54,042 nt of DNA, from positions 1 to 54,042 of the forward strand of contig JAAEUB010000174.1 of the NCBI GenBank assembly GCA_024227755.1, given 5' to 3'. Below the pieces are notes generated by a model. That model saw only the letters and a program-made list of their open reading frames with translations. It was not told where the DNA came from and did not search any database. The position numbers and the translations under genes are program-made. Below are positions 19,857-29,197 of this stretch, piece after piece (within the stretch, counting starts at the first letter, position 1; every line of letters starts with the position of its first letter). The DNA comes from Paracoccaceae bacterium. GTDB lineage: Bacteria > Pseudomonadota > Alphaproteobacteria > Rhodobacterales > Rhodobacteraceae.

Positions 19857-20257
19857 GCGGTCTTGTCCTGAAGCTTGGTCCAAAAGAACGGGTCCTGATC
19901 AATGGCGCGGTAATAGAAAACGGCGACCGCCGTTCGCGCCTGTCAATTGTCACACCGGATGCCAACATTCTGCGCCTGCGTGACGCCATTCACCCCGAAG
20001 AGGTGACAACTCCGGTGCGTCGCGTGTGCTATATCGCCCAGCTGGTACTGTCTGGCGATGTCGGGAAGGACGAGGCGCACCTGCAGCTTTTACGTGGTGT
20101 GGAACAGTTGAGCCAAGTCCTGACAGATTATGACAGCCGCGCCCTTCTGGACCGGGCGACGGAGGCAGTTATGGAGGGGCAGTTTTATCAGGCCCTGAAA
20201 GCCCTACGCGGCCTTTTACCGCGTGAGGATCGCCTGATGGCCGCAACCCCGTCATGA
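19853..20257 (+). CDS. flbT: Flagellar biosynthesis repressor FlbT
   Basis: MSGLVLKLGPKERVLINGAVIENGDRRSRLSIVTPDANILRLRDAIHPEE is a typical FlbT N-terminus. Confidence 0.88.
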   Translation: MSGLVLKLGPKERVLINGAVIENGDRRSRLSIVTPDANILRLRDAIHPEEVTTPVRRVCYIAQLVLSGDVGKDEAHLQLLRGVEQLSQVLTDYDSRALLDRATEAVMEGQFYQALKALRGLLPREDRLMAATPS

Positions 20258-21048
20258 GTTTTCAGCCGGTCATACCATTTGGCGGCATGGCCGGCTGGTC
20301 TTTCCTGCAACGCACGCAGGAAAATCAGCAGGCGGCATTTGAGGCGTCACCGGTGATCACGCGCGATAGCGAATATTTCGCTGAAAATATCGGATCAGTC
20401 ACTACGGCTGAAGAGCTTGTCAGTGATTTTCGCCTTTTAAAGGTCGCCCTTGGTGCATTCGGGTTGGACGATGATCTTGCGAACAAGTATTTTATCCAAA
20501 AGGTTCTGGAAGATGGCGCGATCGATACCGAGGCACTGTCAAACAAGCTTTCTGACAAACGTTATCTGGATCTGACCAAAGCATTTGGGTTTGGCGATTT
20601 TGACACGCCAAATACCCAGCTCAGCGATTTTCCCGGGGAAATTCTGCAAGCCTATAAAGATCGGCAGTTTGAAATTGCCATTGGTGACCAGGACAGTGAC
20701 ATGCGATTGTCTTTGAGCCTTGAACGCGATCTGGGCACGGTTCTTGAAACGACAACAACAGACGATGGCATGTGGTTCTCAATTATGGGAAACCCACCGC
20801 TCAGGCGGGTGTTTGAAACCGCCCTTGGCCTGCCCGCTTCAATCGGAGCACTTGATCTTGATCTTCAGCTTACCGGATTTCGGGACAAAGCGTTGGCTGC
20901 CTTTGGCGACGGGGAAGTTGCACAGTTTTCAGACCCGGGAAAAATGGAAGAATTGAACCGGCTTTTTCTGGTGCGTTCGCAGATCCAGGCGGGTAGCAGC
21001 AGCATGTCCAGCGGGGCCATCGCCCTGACGCTGCTGCAAAACCTGTAA
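20254..21048 (+). CDS. DUF1217-type flagellum-associated protein
   Basis: GGMAGWSFLQRTQENQQAAFEASPVITRDSEYF...DFRLLKVALGAFGLDDD. Translationally coupled to flbT (ATGA). Confidence 0.7.
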   Translation: MSFQPVIPFGGMAGWSFLQRTQENQQAAFEASPVITRDSEYFAENIGSVTTAEELVSDFRLLKVALGAFGLDDDLANKYFIQKVLEDGAIDTEALSNKLSDKRYLDLTKAFGFGDFDTPNTQLSDFPGEILQAYKDRQFEIAIGDQDSDMRLSLSLERDLGTVLETTTTDDGMWFSIMGNPPLRRVFETALGLPASIGALDLDLQLTGFRDKALAAFGDGEVAQFSDPGKMEELNRLFLVRSQIQAGSSSMSSGAIALTLLQNL

Positions 21049-21184
21049 GTCGGTGAAAAGTACCTTGCGGACAACCTGAGTTATCTCTCCTTCAAGGATC
21101 GCAGCAAAAGCGGGTGCAAAAACTTTCAACTGTAGGGATTGGCCGCTAAAGTTTTAGTCGACTTAGTACCAAGGGAGGAAGATG

Positions 21185-22525
21185 CTAATCAGGTTGATCA
21201 GGGTTTTCCTCTGGCACCATACAGGCCCCCAAACGCTGAAAACTAACCTGAGTATTATCCCACTCATCCTCGGCCAGAAACGCATCGAGCTTTGGCCAAG
21301 CCTCAATCGCTGCATCCAGCACCGGATCAGACCCGACCGAATACAGCCCCGCCTGTATCATCATTTCTGACCGGTCATAAGCACCAAGTCGTTGCCGGGC
21401 GGCCGAGATCAAGGTGTTTTCAGCCTCGGACGCCGCCCCCGGCAAGGCGCGGCTAACCGAACGCAGAAGGTCTATTGCCGGAAATCGTCCGCGTTCGGCG
21501 ATTTTGCGGTCCAGCACCACGTGGCCATCCAGCACTCCACGCAGGATATCAGCCACCGGTTCTTCCATATCCGACCCGGCGACAAGAACGCTGAACACCG
21601 CGGTAATGTCGCCCTGCATCCCCGCCCCCGGCCCGGCGCGTTCGCATAAAGAGGTGATCTGATGCGCGGTGGAGGGTGGAAAGCCGCGCATTTTACTGTC
21701 TTCCCCAGCGGCAAGAGCAATTTCGCGGTGCGCTTCAGCAAAACGGGTGACCGAGTCGGCCAAAAACAGCACATGGTTTCCTGCATCGCGGAAATGCTCT
21801 GCCACCGCCATAGCTGTCCAGCCGCAGCGACGGCGCACCAGAGGCGAGCGGTCCGAGGTGGCCGCCACCACCACCGCGCGTGTCATGCCCTCGGGGCCCA
21901 AAACACGCTCGACAAATTCACGCACCTCGCGCCCACGCTCGCCAATCAGGCCGATCACCACAACATCTGCGTGCAAGCCCCGCGCCAGTTTAGCCAGCAA
22001 GGTTGACTTGCCCACACCAGAGCCTGCAAAAAGCCCAATCCTCTGACCCCGTACAATCGGTAAAAGCGTGTTGAACACTGCCATGCCGCTTTCCAGCCGC
22101 GCACCCAATATCCGTCGCTCGGTTGGGTTGGCGGGGGTGCCACGCAAGGACCGTGCCTTTGCCCCACGCAAGATAGGTCGGCCATCCAGTGCATTGCCAA
22201 ACGGGTCGATCACCCGTCCGATCCAGTTATCGTCGGGTGCAATCTGAGAGGAGCCTAGCAAGGTAACCGCCTCTCCTATTTTTAAGCCCTCTATGTCACC
22301 ATCGGGCAAGATGGTAATCATTTCCGGTGTGAGGTTTATAACCTCGCCCAACCGGCCCGCCTGCCCCGGCGGGCCAATTTCAACCAGATCCGATTGCGCA
22401 GCCACACCCGACAGGCCGGTAACTTCAACCGTTCCACGGCGAATTCGCGCCACGCGGCCAATATCGCGCACCGGACGGGTGGCCGCCACTTCGGCGCATA
22501 ACTGATCAAATCCAACTTCTTTCAT
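21185..22525 (-). CDS. fliI: Flagellum-specific ATPase FliI
   Basis: Walker A GLFAGSGVGKSTLL, Walker B VLFLADSVTRFA, F1/T3SS-ATPase architecture. AGGAGG Shine-Dalgarno. Confidence 0.93.
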   Translation of the reverse strand: MKEVGFDQLCAEVAATRPVRDIGRVARIRRGTVEVTGLSGVAAQSDLVEIGPPGQAGRLGEVINLTPEMITILPDGDIEGLKIGEAVTLLGSSQIAPDDNWIGRVIDPFGNALDGRPILRGAKARSLRGTPANPTERRILGARLESGMAVFNTLLPIVRGQRIGLFAGSGVGKSTLLAKLARGLHADVVVIGLIGERGREVREFVERVLGPEGMTRAVVVAATSDRSPLVRRRCGWTAMAVAEHFRDAGNHVLFLADSVTRFAEAHREIALAAGEDSKMRGFPPSTAHQITSLCERAGPGAGMQGDITAVFSVLVAGSDMEEPVADILRGVLDGHVVLDRKIAERGRFPAIDLLRSVSRALPGAASEAENTLISAARQRLGAYDRSEMMIQAGLYSVGSDPVLDAAIEAWPKLDAFLAEDEWDNTQVSFQRLGACMVPEENPDQPD

Positions 22526-22586
22526 TGCGGCCTCCTGACCTCTCGAAACCCTTTCTAAAGGAATCAGGGTTAAGCCTTAGTTGAGC

Positions 22587-22644
22587 AAAGCGCTTCGCCC
22601 TGCATTTACTTCAGGAAAAAGTGGCGCGGCGCTCAGAACCTACC
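22587..22644 (+). repeat. Conserved flagellar-leader element, copy B (fliI / flgB divergent region)
   Basis: aaagcgcttcgccctgcatttacttcaggaaaaagtggcgcggcgctcagaacctacc. Same blocks as copy A (aaagcgNttcgccctgcat ... cagg ... tggcg ... cgctcagaNcct). Confidence 0.5.
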
Positions 22645-22717
22645 GGCGTAAGGGGCGTTCGCAAAGAATTGCGTTCTGGCTTGAGCGGGAAACGCATTAA
22701 TCGAGGGAGAAGCCCCG

Positions 22718-23110
22718 ATGTTTGGAAAACTGGAAATCTTTCGCATGGCGCAGGGGCTTGCCACCCATGCCGCTGCGCGCCAGTCAGCGATTGCGCAGAA
22801 TGTGGCCAACGCCGATACGCCGGGTTACCGCGCCCGCGATCTGGCGCCTTTTTCCCAGACTTACCAGACGCAAGGTGGCGACAGCATGCGCACAACGCGT
22901 GCAGGTCATGTTCTTGCCGGTGAAAGCAGCCCAGCATCACTGCGAGTTGGCGAAGCCCACCGCGCCGGTGCGATCTCTCCCAACGGCAACAATGTTTCAC
23001 TTGAGACCGAGATGATGATGGCCGCTGAAGTGCAGCGTGATCATGAACTGGCCCTGACCGTTTACCGATCTTCGCTTAGCATCCTGCGCTCAAGCCTTGG
23101 ACGCAGGTAG
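22718..23110 (+). CDS. flgB: Flagellar basal-body rod protein FlgB
   Basis: IAQNVANADTPGYRARDL rod-protein N-terminal motif. 130 aa. First gene of the rod operon. Confidence 0.9.
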   Translation: MFGKLEIFRMAQGLATHAAARQSAIAQNVANADTPGYRARDLAPFSQTYQTQGGDSMRTTRAGHVLAGESSPASLRVGEAHRAGAISPNGNNVSLETEMMMAAEVQRDHELALTVYRSSLSILRSSLGRR

Positions 23111-23119
23111 GGGGCGGGT

Positions 23120-23512
23120 ATGAACGATTTTCGCGCCTCTATCGCCGCCGCCGCCTCGGGGATGCAAAGCCAGGCAGCACGCCTGCGCCATGTCTCGGAA
23201 AATATCGCCAATGCTGATACCCCCGGATATCGCCGCAAGGCGGTTGGATTTGAAGAGGTGATGCAAGGCGGGCGGGCCACCGGTTTGGTTGGAACCGGAC
23301 CTGTTGCCCTTGATCCAGGTCAATTGCCGCAGGTCTTCGACCCGTCGCATCCGATGGCAAACGAACTTGGCTATTATGATGGATCAAACGTCGATCTGGT
23401 GGTTGAGATTGCTGACGCGCGCGAAGCGCAGCGCAGCTATGAGGCAAACCTCAAATTGTTCGACCAGACGCGGCAAATGTCGCGAAGCCTGCTCGAACTT
23501 CTCCGCAGATAG
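23120..23512 (+). CDS. flgC: Flagellar basal-body rod protein FlgC
   Basis: SENIANADTPGYRRK... and C-terminal VDLVVEIADAREAQRSYEANLKLF. Confidence 0.93.
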   Translation: MNDFRASIAAAASGMQSQAARLRHVSENIANADTPGYRRKAVGFEEVMQGGRATGLVGTGPVALDPGQLPQVFDPSHPMANELGYYDGSNVDLVVEIADAREAQRSYEANLKLFDQTRQMSRSLLELLRR

Positions 23513-23523
23513 GAACATTCAGA

Positions 23524-23814
23524 ATGGATATCAAATCCTCTCTTGCCGCCCAGCAATATGCAGCTACCCGTCCGGCCACGGCGCCAAAGGCCCAGCCGGA
23601 CGGGAAAGGGGCGGATTTTGGCAAACTGGCAGGCGACTTTGCGGTCACCATTCAGCAAGGCGAGCAGACGGCGCTGGCGGCAATGACCGGAGACGCCGAC
23701 CCACATGCATTGGTGCAGGCGCTGGCGCAAACCGAGCTGGCGGTGGAAACGGCCGTGACGGTGCGCGACAAGGTCGTCGAAGCCTATCAGGAAATCCTGC
23801 GGATGCCGGTGTAA
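23524..23814 (+). CDS. fliE: Flagellar hook-basal body complex protein FliE
   Basis: 96 aa. C-terminal LAVETAVTVRDKVVEAYQEILRMPV. Confidence 0.88.
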   Translation: MDIKSSLAAQQYAATRPATAPKAQPDGKGADFGKLAGDFAVTIQQGEQTALAAMTGDADPHALVQALAQTELAVETAVTVRDKVVEAYQEILRMPV

Positions 23815-24084
23815 ATGATGGACGAGATCATATTTTTCGACACTTTGCGCGAAGGGCTTTGGAACGCGGTCATCATGGCCATGCCCATCCTCACCGTGGC
23901 TTTGGTGGCGGGTTTGACGGTTGGTTTGTTTCAGGCGCTGACAAGCATTCAGGAAATGACCCTGACTTTCGTACCGAAACTGGCGGCAATTCTGGCGGTT
24001 TTCTGGGGCTCGATGAGCTTCATGACAGGCACTTTGGTCAGCTTTTTCCAGGGCACCATCGTGCCGCTGATCATAGGGGGATAG
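23815..24084 (+). CDS. fliQ: Flagellar export apparatus protein FliQ
   Basis: 89 aa, two TM segments, VALVAGLTVGLFQALTSIQEMTLTFVPKL. Confidence 0.92.
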   Translation: MMDEIIFFDTLREGLWNAVIMAMPILTVALVAGLTVGLFQALTSIQEMTLTFVPKLAAILAVFWGSMSFMTGTLVSFFQGTIVPLIIGG

Positions 24085-24087
24085 GTC

Positions 24088-24804
24088 ATGGATAATGCCG
24101 GATACACAACGCTGACCCGTCAATCGGGTCTGCTGAGTGAAATGCAGTCGATTGCTAACAATATTGCCAATATCTCAACCACCGGATTTCGCCGCGAAGG
24201 GGTGGTGTTTTCGGAATATGTCAAGGCTCTCGAGGGGGACCCGTCCTTGTCCATGGCGACGGCCAATGTGCATATCACCAACCTTGAGCAGGGGTCTTTG
24301 ACCCAAACCGGTGGTGCTTTTGATTTTGCCATTGAAGGTGAAGGTTTCTTTATGGTCGACAGCCCCGAGGGGCCGCTTTTGACCCGCGCGGGGTCCTTCA
24401 CGCCAAATCAGGAAGGCGAGTTGGTAACCGCGGATGGTCTGCACCTGCTGGACAGCGGCGGCGCGCCAGTATTCATCCCAACCGACGCCGGTTCAATCTC
24501 ATTATCCGCCGACGGTACGCTCACGGCCGACGGTCGTCCGCTTACTCAGATCGGGCTTTTCTCGCCAACTGATCCGGCCGACCTGGCCCACCGGGACGGC
24601 GTGCGCTTTGCCGCGCCGGGCGGGACAGAGCAGGTGATCGGGGGAGCGGTGCTTTTGCAGGGCTTCGTTGAAAACTCAAACGTCGACGCGGTCAGCGAGA
24701 TTGCCCGCATGATTGAGGTCCAGCATGCCTATGAGCTGGGCCAGAAATTTCTTGATCAGGAAGACGAGCGTATCCGCTCTGTCTCGCGAACCCTTGGTGG
24801 ATAG
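24088..24804 (+). CDS. flgF: Flagellar basal-body rod protein FlgF
   Basis: MDNAGYTTLTRQSGLLSEMQSIANNIANISTTGFRRE and C-terminal LLQGFVENSNVD. Confidence 0.9.
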   Translation: MDNAGYTTLTRQSGLLSEMQSIANNIANISTTGFRREGVVFSEYVKALEGDPSLSMATANVHITNLEQGSLTQTGGAFDFAIEGEGFFMVDSPEGPLLTRAGSFTPNQEGELVTADGLHLLDSGGAPVFIPTDAGSISLSADGTLTADGRPLTQIGLFSPTDPADLAHRDGVRFAAPGGTEQVIGGAVLLQGFVENSNVDAVSEIARMIEVQHAYELGQKFLDQEDERIRSVSRTLGG

Positions 24805-24855
24805 GCGAGCGGATAGGCAAATGGACAAGAATGAGAATGGAAAAGGAGACGCCAA

Positions 24856-25641
24856 ATGCGCGCCCTGAAAATCGCGGCCACCGGGATGCTGGCTCAGCAA
24901 ATGCGGGTCGAGACAATCTCGAACAACCTCGCGAATATGAACACCACCGGGTATAACGCCCGCCGGGCCGAGTTTGCTGATCTGCATTATCAGCAAGTCA
25001 CCCGTGCCGGCACCGTGAACGCCGCCGATGGTACAATCCTGCCCACAGGCGTTCAGCTTGGCCTTGGGGTTCGGCCCGCCTCCATCACCATGATGGTGGC
25101 ACAGGGCCCCCTGGCACAAACCGGCGGTGATCTTGACCTCGCCATCGAAGGAAAGGGGCTTTTGGAGGTTTCCCTGCCTTCGGGCAATTCGGCCTATACC
25201 CGTGACGGCGGTCTGAAACTGACCGGAGACGGGCTTATTGTTACCTCAGAAGGCCATCCGGTTGTGCCGGAAATTACCATCCCCTCGGACGCCCGATCGG
25301 TGTCGATCAATGCGCAAGGCGAGGTTTACGCCTATTTTATCAATGAGGTTGAGCCGGAACTGATGGGGTCGTTTACCCTGGCTGGTTTCACCAACGAAAA
25401 AGGGCTGGAGGCGATTGGCTCTAACTTGTTTCTTGAGACCGCCGCCTCGGGCCCGGCACTGGTTTCTGCCCCCGGCGAGGACGGGCTGGGCACCCTCAGG
25501 CAAGGGTATCTGGAAAGCAGCTCGGTCGATGCTGTGCGCGAAATCACCGAGCTGATAGAGGCGCAGCGCGGATACGAGCTTAATTCCAAAGTCATCACCG
25601 CAGCAGATCAGATGCTGTCGGCCACAACGCAGATACGTTGA
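24856..25641 (+). CDS. flgG: Flagellar basal-body distal rod protein FlgG
   Basis: MRALKIAATGMLAQQMRVETISNNLANMNTTGYNARR and C-terminal LRQGYLESSSVDAVREITELIEAQRGYE. Confidence 0.95.
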   Translation: MRALKIAATGMLAQQMRVETISNNLANMNTTGYNARRAEFADLHYQQVTRAGTVNAADGTILPTGVQLGLGVRPASITMMVAQGPLAQTGGDLDLAIEGKGLLEVSLPSGNSAYTRDGGLKLTGDGLIVTSEGHPVVPEITIPSDARSVSINAQGEVYAYFINEVEPELMGSFTLAGFTNEKGLEAIGSNLFLETAASGPALVSAPGEDGLGTLRQGYLESSSVDAVREITELIEAQRGYELNSKVITAADQMLSATTQIR

Positions 25642-26108
25642 TGAATATGCGGGAATTCATGCCAATACGACTGCTTGCATCCCTGTTGCCGGTACTTTTG
25701 ATGCTGGCTCGTCCAGCGCTGGGTGAAAGCGTTGTTGCCACGCACACAATTCGCAGCCAAACCATCCTGACCGCCAACGATGTTAACCTTATCGACACGG
25801 ATATTGCCGGAACATACCTTTCCCCTGCTGAAGTGATCGGCATGGAGGCGCGCGTGGTGCTTTATGCCGGGCGTCCGATACGCATCGACGACATCGGTCC
25901 GCCAGCGGTGATCGAACGCAATCAGATCGTGACGCTGTATTATTCCACCGGCGGTCTGATGATCGCTGCGGACGCCCGCGCACTGGGGCGCGCCGGAATT
26001 GGTGACGCTCTGCGAGTAATGAACCTGGCCTCCCGCAGCACCGTGACCGGCTGGGTTCAACAAGATGGTAGCGTGTCGGTCGGCCACCCAAAATTTCCAA
26101 CACAATAA
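25641..26108 (+). CDS. flgA: Flagellar P-ring assembly chaperone FlgA
   Basis: Signal-like N-terminus. C-terminal SAF-type region GRPIRIDDIGPPAVIERNQIVTLYY...GDALRVMNLASRSTVTGWV. The ATG overlaps the flgG TGA; an alternative TTG lies at 25638. Confidence 0.85.
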   Translation: MNMREFMPIRLLASLLPVLLMLARPALGESVVATHTIRSQTILTANDVNLIDTDIAGTYLSPAEVIGMEARVVLYAGRPIRIDDIGPPAVIERNQIVTLYYSTGGLMIAADARALGRAGIGDALRVMNLASRSTVTGWVQQDGSVSVGHPKFPTQ

Positions 26109-26118
26109 AGGACATCTA

Positions 26119-26853
26119 ATGCGGTTGAGTACGTTTTTCCTTATTATCCTCTTTGGGCTTTCAGCCGCGTGTTCGCGCCTTGGTCAAGTTGGCAAGCCCC
26201 CGGGACTGACACCAATTAACCAAAGTGCCGAACACCAGGCAATGGCTTATGGCGGCGGGCTTCCAATGGATATTGCAAACCGGCGAAGCTCGGATCAGGC
26301 ATCATTGTGGAGCGGCGGTCGGCGGTCTTTACTGGGTGACCGGCGCGCAGGCAGGGCAGGTGATATTCTGACAGTGGTCATCGAGATTAACGACAGGGCT
26401 GAGTTTTCAAACACATCGCAGCGGGCACGAACCGGAACAGAAAGCATGACGATTGCATCACTTTTGGGCATCCCCGAGGCTATTAACAGTTCACTGCCAC
26501 CGGGTTATTCGTTTGATCCGTCCGTTTCCACAGACTCAGCCTCAGGGTCTTCGGGCACCGGTTCCGTCAGACGAAATGAAAAACTGACATTGCGCATAGC
26601 TGCGACAGTTGTCGGAACCCTGCCAAACGGTATTTTGCAGATTGAGGGAAGCCAGGAAGTGCGGGTCAATTTTGAGCTGCGTGAATTGCTGGTGACAGGC
26701 TTTGTCAGGCCCGCGGATGTTTCACGGCAAAATGAAATCCCCTATGACAAAATCGCCTCGGCGCGGATTTCATATGGTGGGCGCGGGCAGATCACCGATG
26801 TCCAGCAACCCAGATACGGGCAGCAAATCACCGATATCCTCCTGCCACTCTAG
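26119..26853 (+). CDS. flgH: Flagellar L-ring lipoprotein FlgH
   Basis: Lipobox MRLSTFFLIILFGLSAAC. ASLWSGG..., GDILTVVIEINDRA..., ELLVTGFVRPADV.... Start trimmed to ATG 26119. Confidence 0.92.
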   Translation: MRLSTFFLIILFGLSAACSRLGQVGKPPGLTPINQSAEHQAMAYGGGLPMDIANRRSSDQASLWSGGRRSLLGDRRAGRAGDILTVVIEINDRAEFSNTSQRARTGTESMTIASLLGIPEAINSSLPPGYSFDPSVSTDSASGSSGTGSVRRNEKLTLRIAATVVGTLPNGILQIEGSQEVRVNFELRELLVTGFVRPADVSRQNEIPYDKIASARISYGGRGQITDVQQPRYGQQITDILLPL

Positions 26854-26979
26854 CATGTTTGCGCATTTGGTCTGAGCCACAGGCCGGACGCGCGAACGCC
26901 ACCGACCCTGAGAGGGTGCAAGCCTTCCCCATTTTCCCCGTCGCAGGAAAACTCAAAAAAGCTTTAAGGAGGCTCAGGC

Positions 26980-27495
26980 ATGGGCAAGATACTCCCCATT
27001 CTTCTGGCGTTGATTGGCCTTGGCGCCGGTATCGGAGGCGGAATTGCCTTCAGACCACCCCCGGAAATTGTCGAGATCAACCCGTGCGGCGAACCTGAAG
27101 CGGGCGCAGATCACACCGGCGATATCGCCCATTCCGGTGATGGTGCGGGTGAAGATGGGGCTGAGAATGCGAACAGTGACTTTGTAAAAATGAACAACCA
27201 GTTCGTAGTCCCGGTGGTCTCGGACAGCAAGGTAACCGCACTTGTGGTTATGTCGTTAAGCCTGGAACTGGAGCCTGGTGGCAGCGAGGTGTTCTATCAA
27301 CGCGAACCAAAGTTACGCGATGCTTTTCTGCAAATCCTGTTCGACCATGCCAACATCGGTGGTTTCGACGGGGTGTTTACCGACGGCAGCAAAATGGACA
27401 ACCTGCGCGCAGCCTTGAGTGAGATTGCCAAAAAGACCATGGGAGATACCGTCAGGGACGTGTTGGTCATCGACATTTTACGGCAGGATATTTAG
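26980..27495 (+). CDS. fliL: Flagellar basal-body-associated protein FliL
   Basis: Single N-terminal TM (ILPILLALIGLGAGIGGGIAF), then FVKMNNQFVVPVV...LRDAFLQILFDHAN. AAGGAGG Shine-Dalgarno. Confidence 0.85.
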   Translation: MGKILPILLALIGLGAGIGGGIAFRPPPEIVEINPCGEPEAGADHTGDIAHSGDGAGEDGAENANSDFVKMNNQFVVPVVSDSKVTALVVMSLSLELEPGGSEVFYQREPKLRDAFLQILFDHANIGGFDGVFTDGSKMDNLRAALSEIAKKTMGDTVRDVLVIDILRQDI

Positions 27496-27556
27496 GGAGT
27501 TTCGCGAAAGTCCTTGCTGCAAACGCTGAAAGAAGGGTGTCTTGGTGCAGGCTGCG

Positions 27557-27793
27557 TTACTTGCGCCAATGTGTCGGTACGATAACCAATGCGCCAACTG
27601 ATGAAACAATCGCGTTCAGGCCTTTTGACGCGAAACCGATGCCAAACATCAGCGAGATAAAATAAAACAGGAAGGCACCGCCGATGCAGATGATGATGCT
27701 TTGCAGGATGCCGTTATGGGTAAAGCCTTTTCGCTCAGACAAATAGCCGATAATTCCCGCAATCACCACGGTTCCGATCAGAGTTGGAAACAT
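27557..27793 (-). CDS. GlsB/YeaQ/YmgE-family small membrane protein
   Basis: 78 aa, three hydrophobic segments, IIGYLSERKGFT...GIL.SIIICIGGAFL. Starts 1 nt after the fmt stop. Confidence 0.75.
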   Translation of the reverse strand: MFPTLIGTVVIAGIIGYLSERKGFTHNGILQSIIICIGGAFLFYFISLMFGIGFASKGLNAIVSSVGALVIVPTHWRK

Positions 27794-27794
27794 G

Positions 27795-28703
27795 TCAGCC
27801 TCCTAATATTTGGCCGGGGCTAAGGGGTGTCCCGCGCAGGAACTCATTAGCCTCCATCGCCTGTTTACCCTGCCTTTGAGCGCGAAGGATTTCAACCGCG
27901 CCCGCCCCGCAGGCAATGGAAAACCCATCAAGTACCTCACCGGGTGTGCCGTTGCCGGGCCCGACCCTGCTCATCAAGAGCTTCACCCGTGCCCCGTCCG
28001 CCGTGGTCCAAGCACCCGGAAAGGGTGAGAGGGCGCGTATCTGCCGGTCAATATGGCCCGCCGAACGCGCCCAGTCCACCTGCGCCTCGGCCTTGTCGAT
28101 TTTGGCAGCATAGCTCACCCCGTCAATTGCCTGCGCGATGGGCTTTAGCGCGGGCAAATTTACCAAAGCCTTAACAATCAGACACGCACCCATCTCTGAC
28201 AATCGGTCATGCAGGTCGGCGGTGGTGTCCCCGGCGTTGATCGGGGTCGCATCACGCAACAAAACCGGGCCAGTATCCAGCCCCGCCTCCATCTGCATGA
28301 TGCACACTCCGGTCTCCTGATCGCCAGCCAATATCGCCCGGTGGATCGGCGCCGCCCCGCGCCAGCGTGGCAGTAGGCTGGCGTGGATATTGAGGCAGCC
28401 CAGCAATGGTGCATCAAGTACCACCTGCGGCAAGATCAGACCATATGCCACGACCACTGCAACATCCACGCCCAATGCTGCAAATTCCGCCTGCGCCTCA
28501 GCGCTTTTCAGCGACACCGGCACCCGCACCTCAAGCCCCAGCGCACGCGCACGTGCCTCAACCGGGCTGGGCCGGGGTTTTTTGCCACGACCAGCAGGGC
28601 GCGGCGGCTGGCAATAGACAGCTGCAATGTCATGCCCGGCCCCGACCAGCGCATCCAGTACCGGTACTGAGAATTCCGGCGTGCCCATGAAAATCACTTT
28701 CAC
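27795..28703 (-). CDS. fmt: Methionyl-tRNA formyltransferase
   Basis: [19 protein letters not shown]...[12 protein letters not shown]...[16 protein letters not shown]. Confidence 0.96.
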   Translation of the reverse strand: MKVIFMGTPEFSVPVLDALVGAGHDIAAVYCQPPRPAGRGKKPRPSPVEARARALGLEVRVPVSLKSAEAQAEFAALGVDVAVVVAYGLILPQVVLDAPLLGCLNIHASLLPRWRGAAPIHRAILAGDQETGVCIMQMEAGLDTGPVLLRDATPINAGDTTADLHDRLSEMGACLIVKALVNLPALKPIAQAIDGVSYAAKIDKAEAQVDWARSAGHIDRQIRALSPFPGAWTTADGARVKLLMSRVGPGNGTPGEVLDGFSIACGAGAVEILRAQRQGKQAMEANEFLRGTPLSPGQILGG

Positions 28704-29197
28704 CGCGTGGCCTTTCGTGCCTTCTTCAACAGCATATCGCGTTTCACCTTTGAAAGCCGGTCAAAATACATGCGGCCTGCAAGGTGGTCGATCTGGTGCT
28801 GAACACTTGTCGCCCACAGGCCGACAAAATCACGCCGGTCGATGACACCATTCTCATTCAAGTAACGCACAGTCACCGCGCGCGGTCGTTTAATACGGGC
28901 CGACAGACCGGGCAAGTTGGGGCTGGCTTCATCATGTTCACGCAACTCGATCGAGGCATGCAGGACCTCAGGATTTGCCATCCGCACCGCTTCGCCGCGC
29001 CCTTCGGAGGCATCGACAACCGCAAGGTGCAACATGATACCAATTTGCACAGCGGCCAGACCAACCCCCGGCATGGCGTCCATGGCAAATTCCATTTCGT
29101 CCCAGATGGCGCGGATATCGTCAGTGATTGCTTCGACCGGCGAGGCCTTCATGCGCAACCTCTTGTCCGGCCACATGACAAATGGCCGGTGTTTCAC
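28700..29197 (-). CDS. Peptide deformylase-like paralog lacking catalytic residues
   Basis: 165 aa. Motif 1 [10 protein letters not shown] is present. Motif 2 reads EASPN where def has EGCLS. Motif 3 reads QHQIDH where def has QHEIDH. ATGA overlaps with def upstream and fmt downstream. Confidence 0.85.
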   Translation of the reverse strand: MKHRPFVMWPDKRLRMKASPVEAITDDIRAIWDEMEFAMDAMPGVGLAAVQIGIMLHLAVVDASEGRGEAVRMANPEVLHASIELREHDEASPNLPGLSARIKRPRAVTVRYLNENGVIDRRDFVGLWATSVQHQIDHLAGRMYFDRLSKVKRDMLLKKARKATR

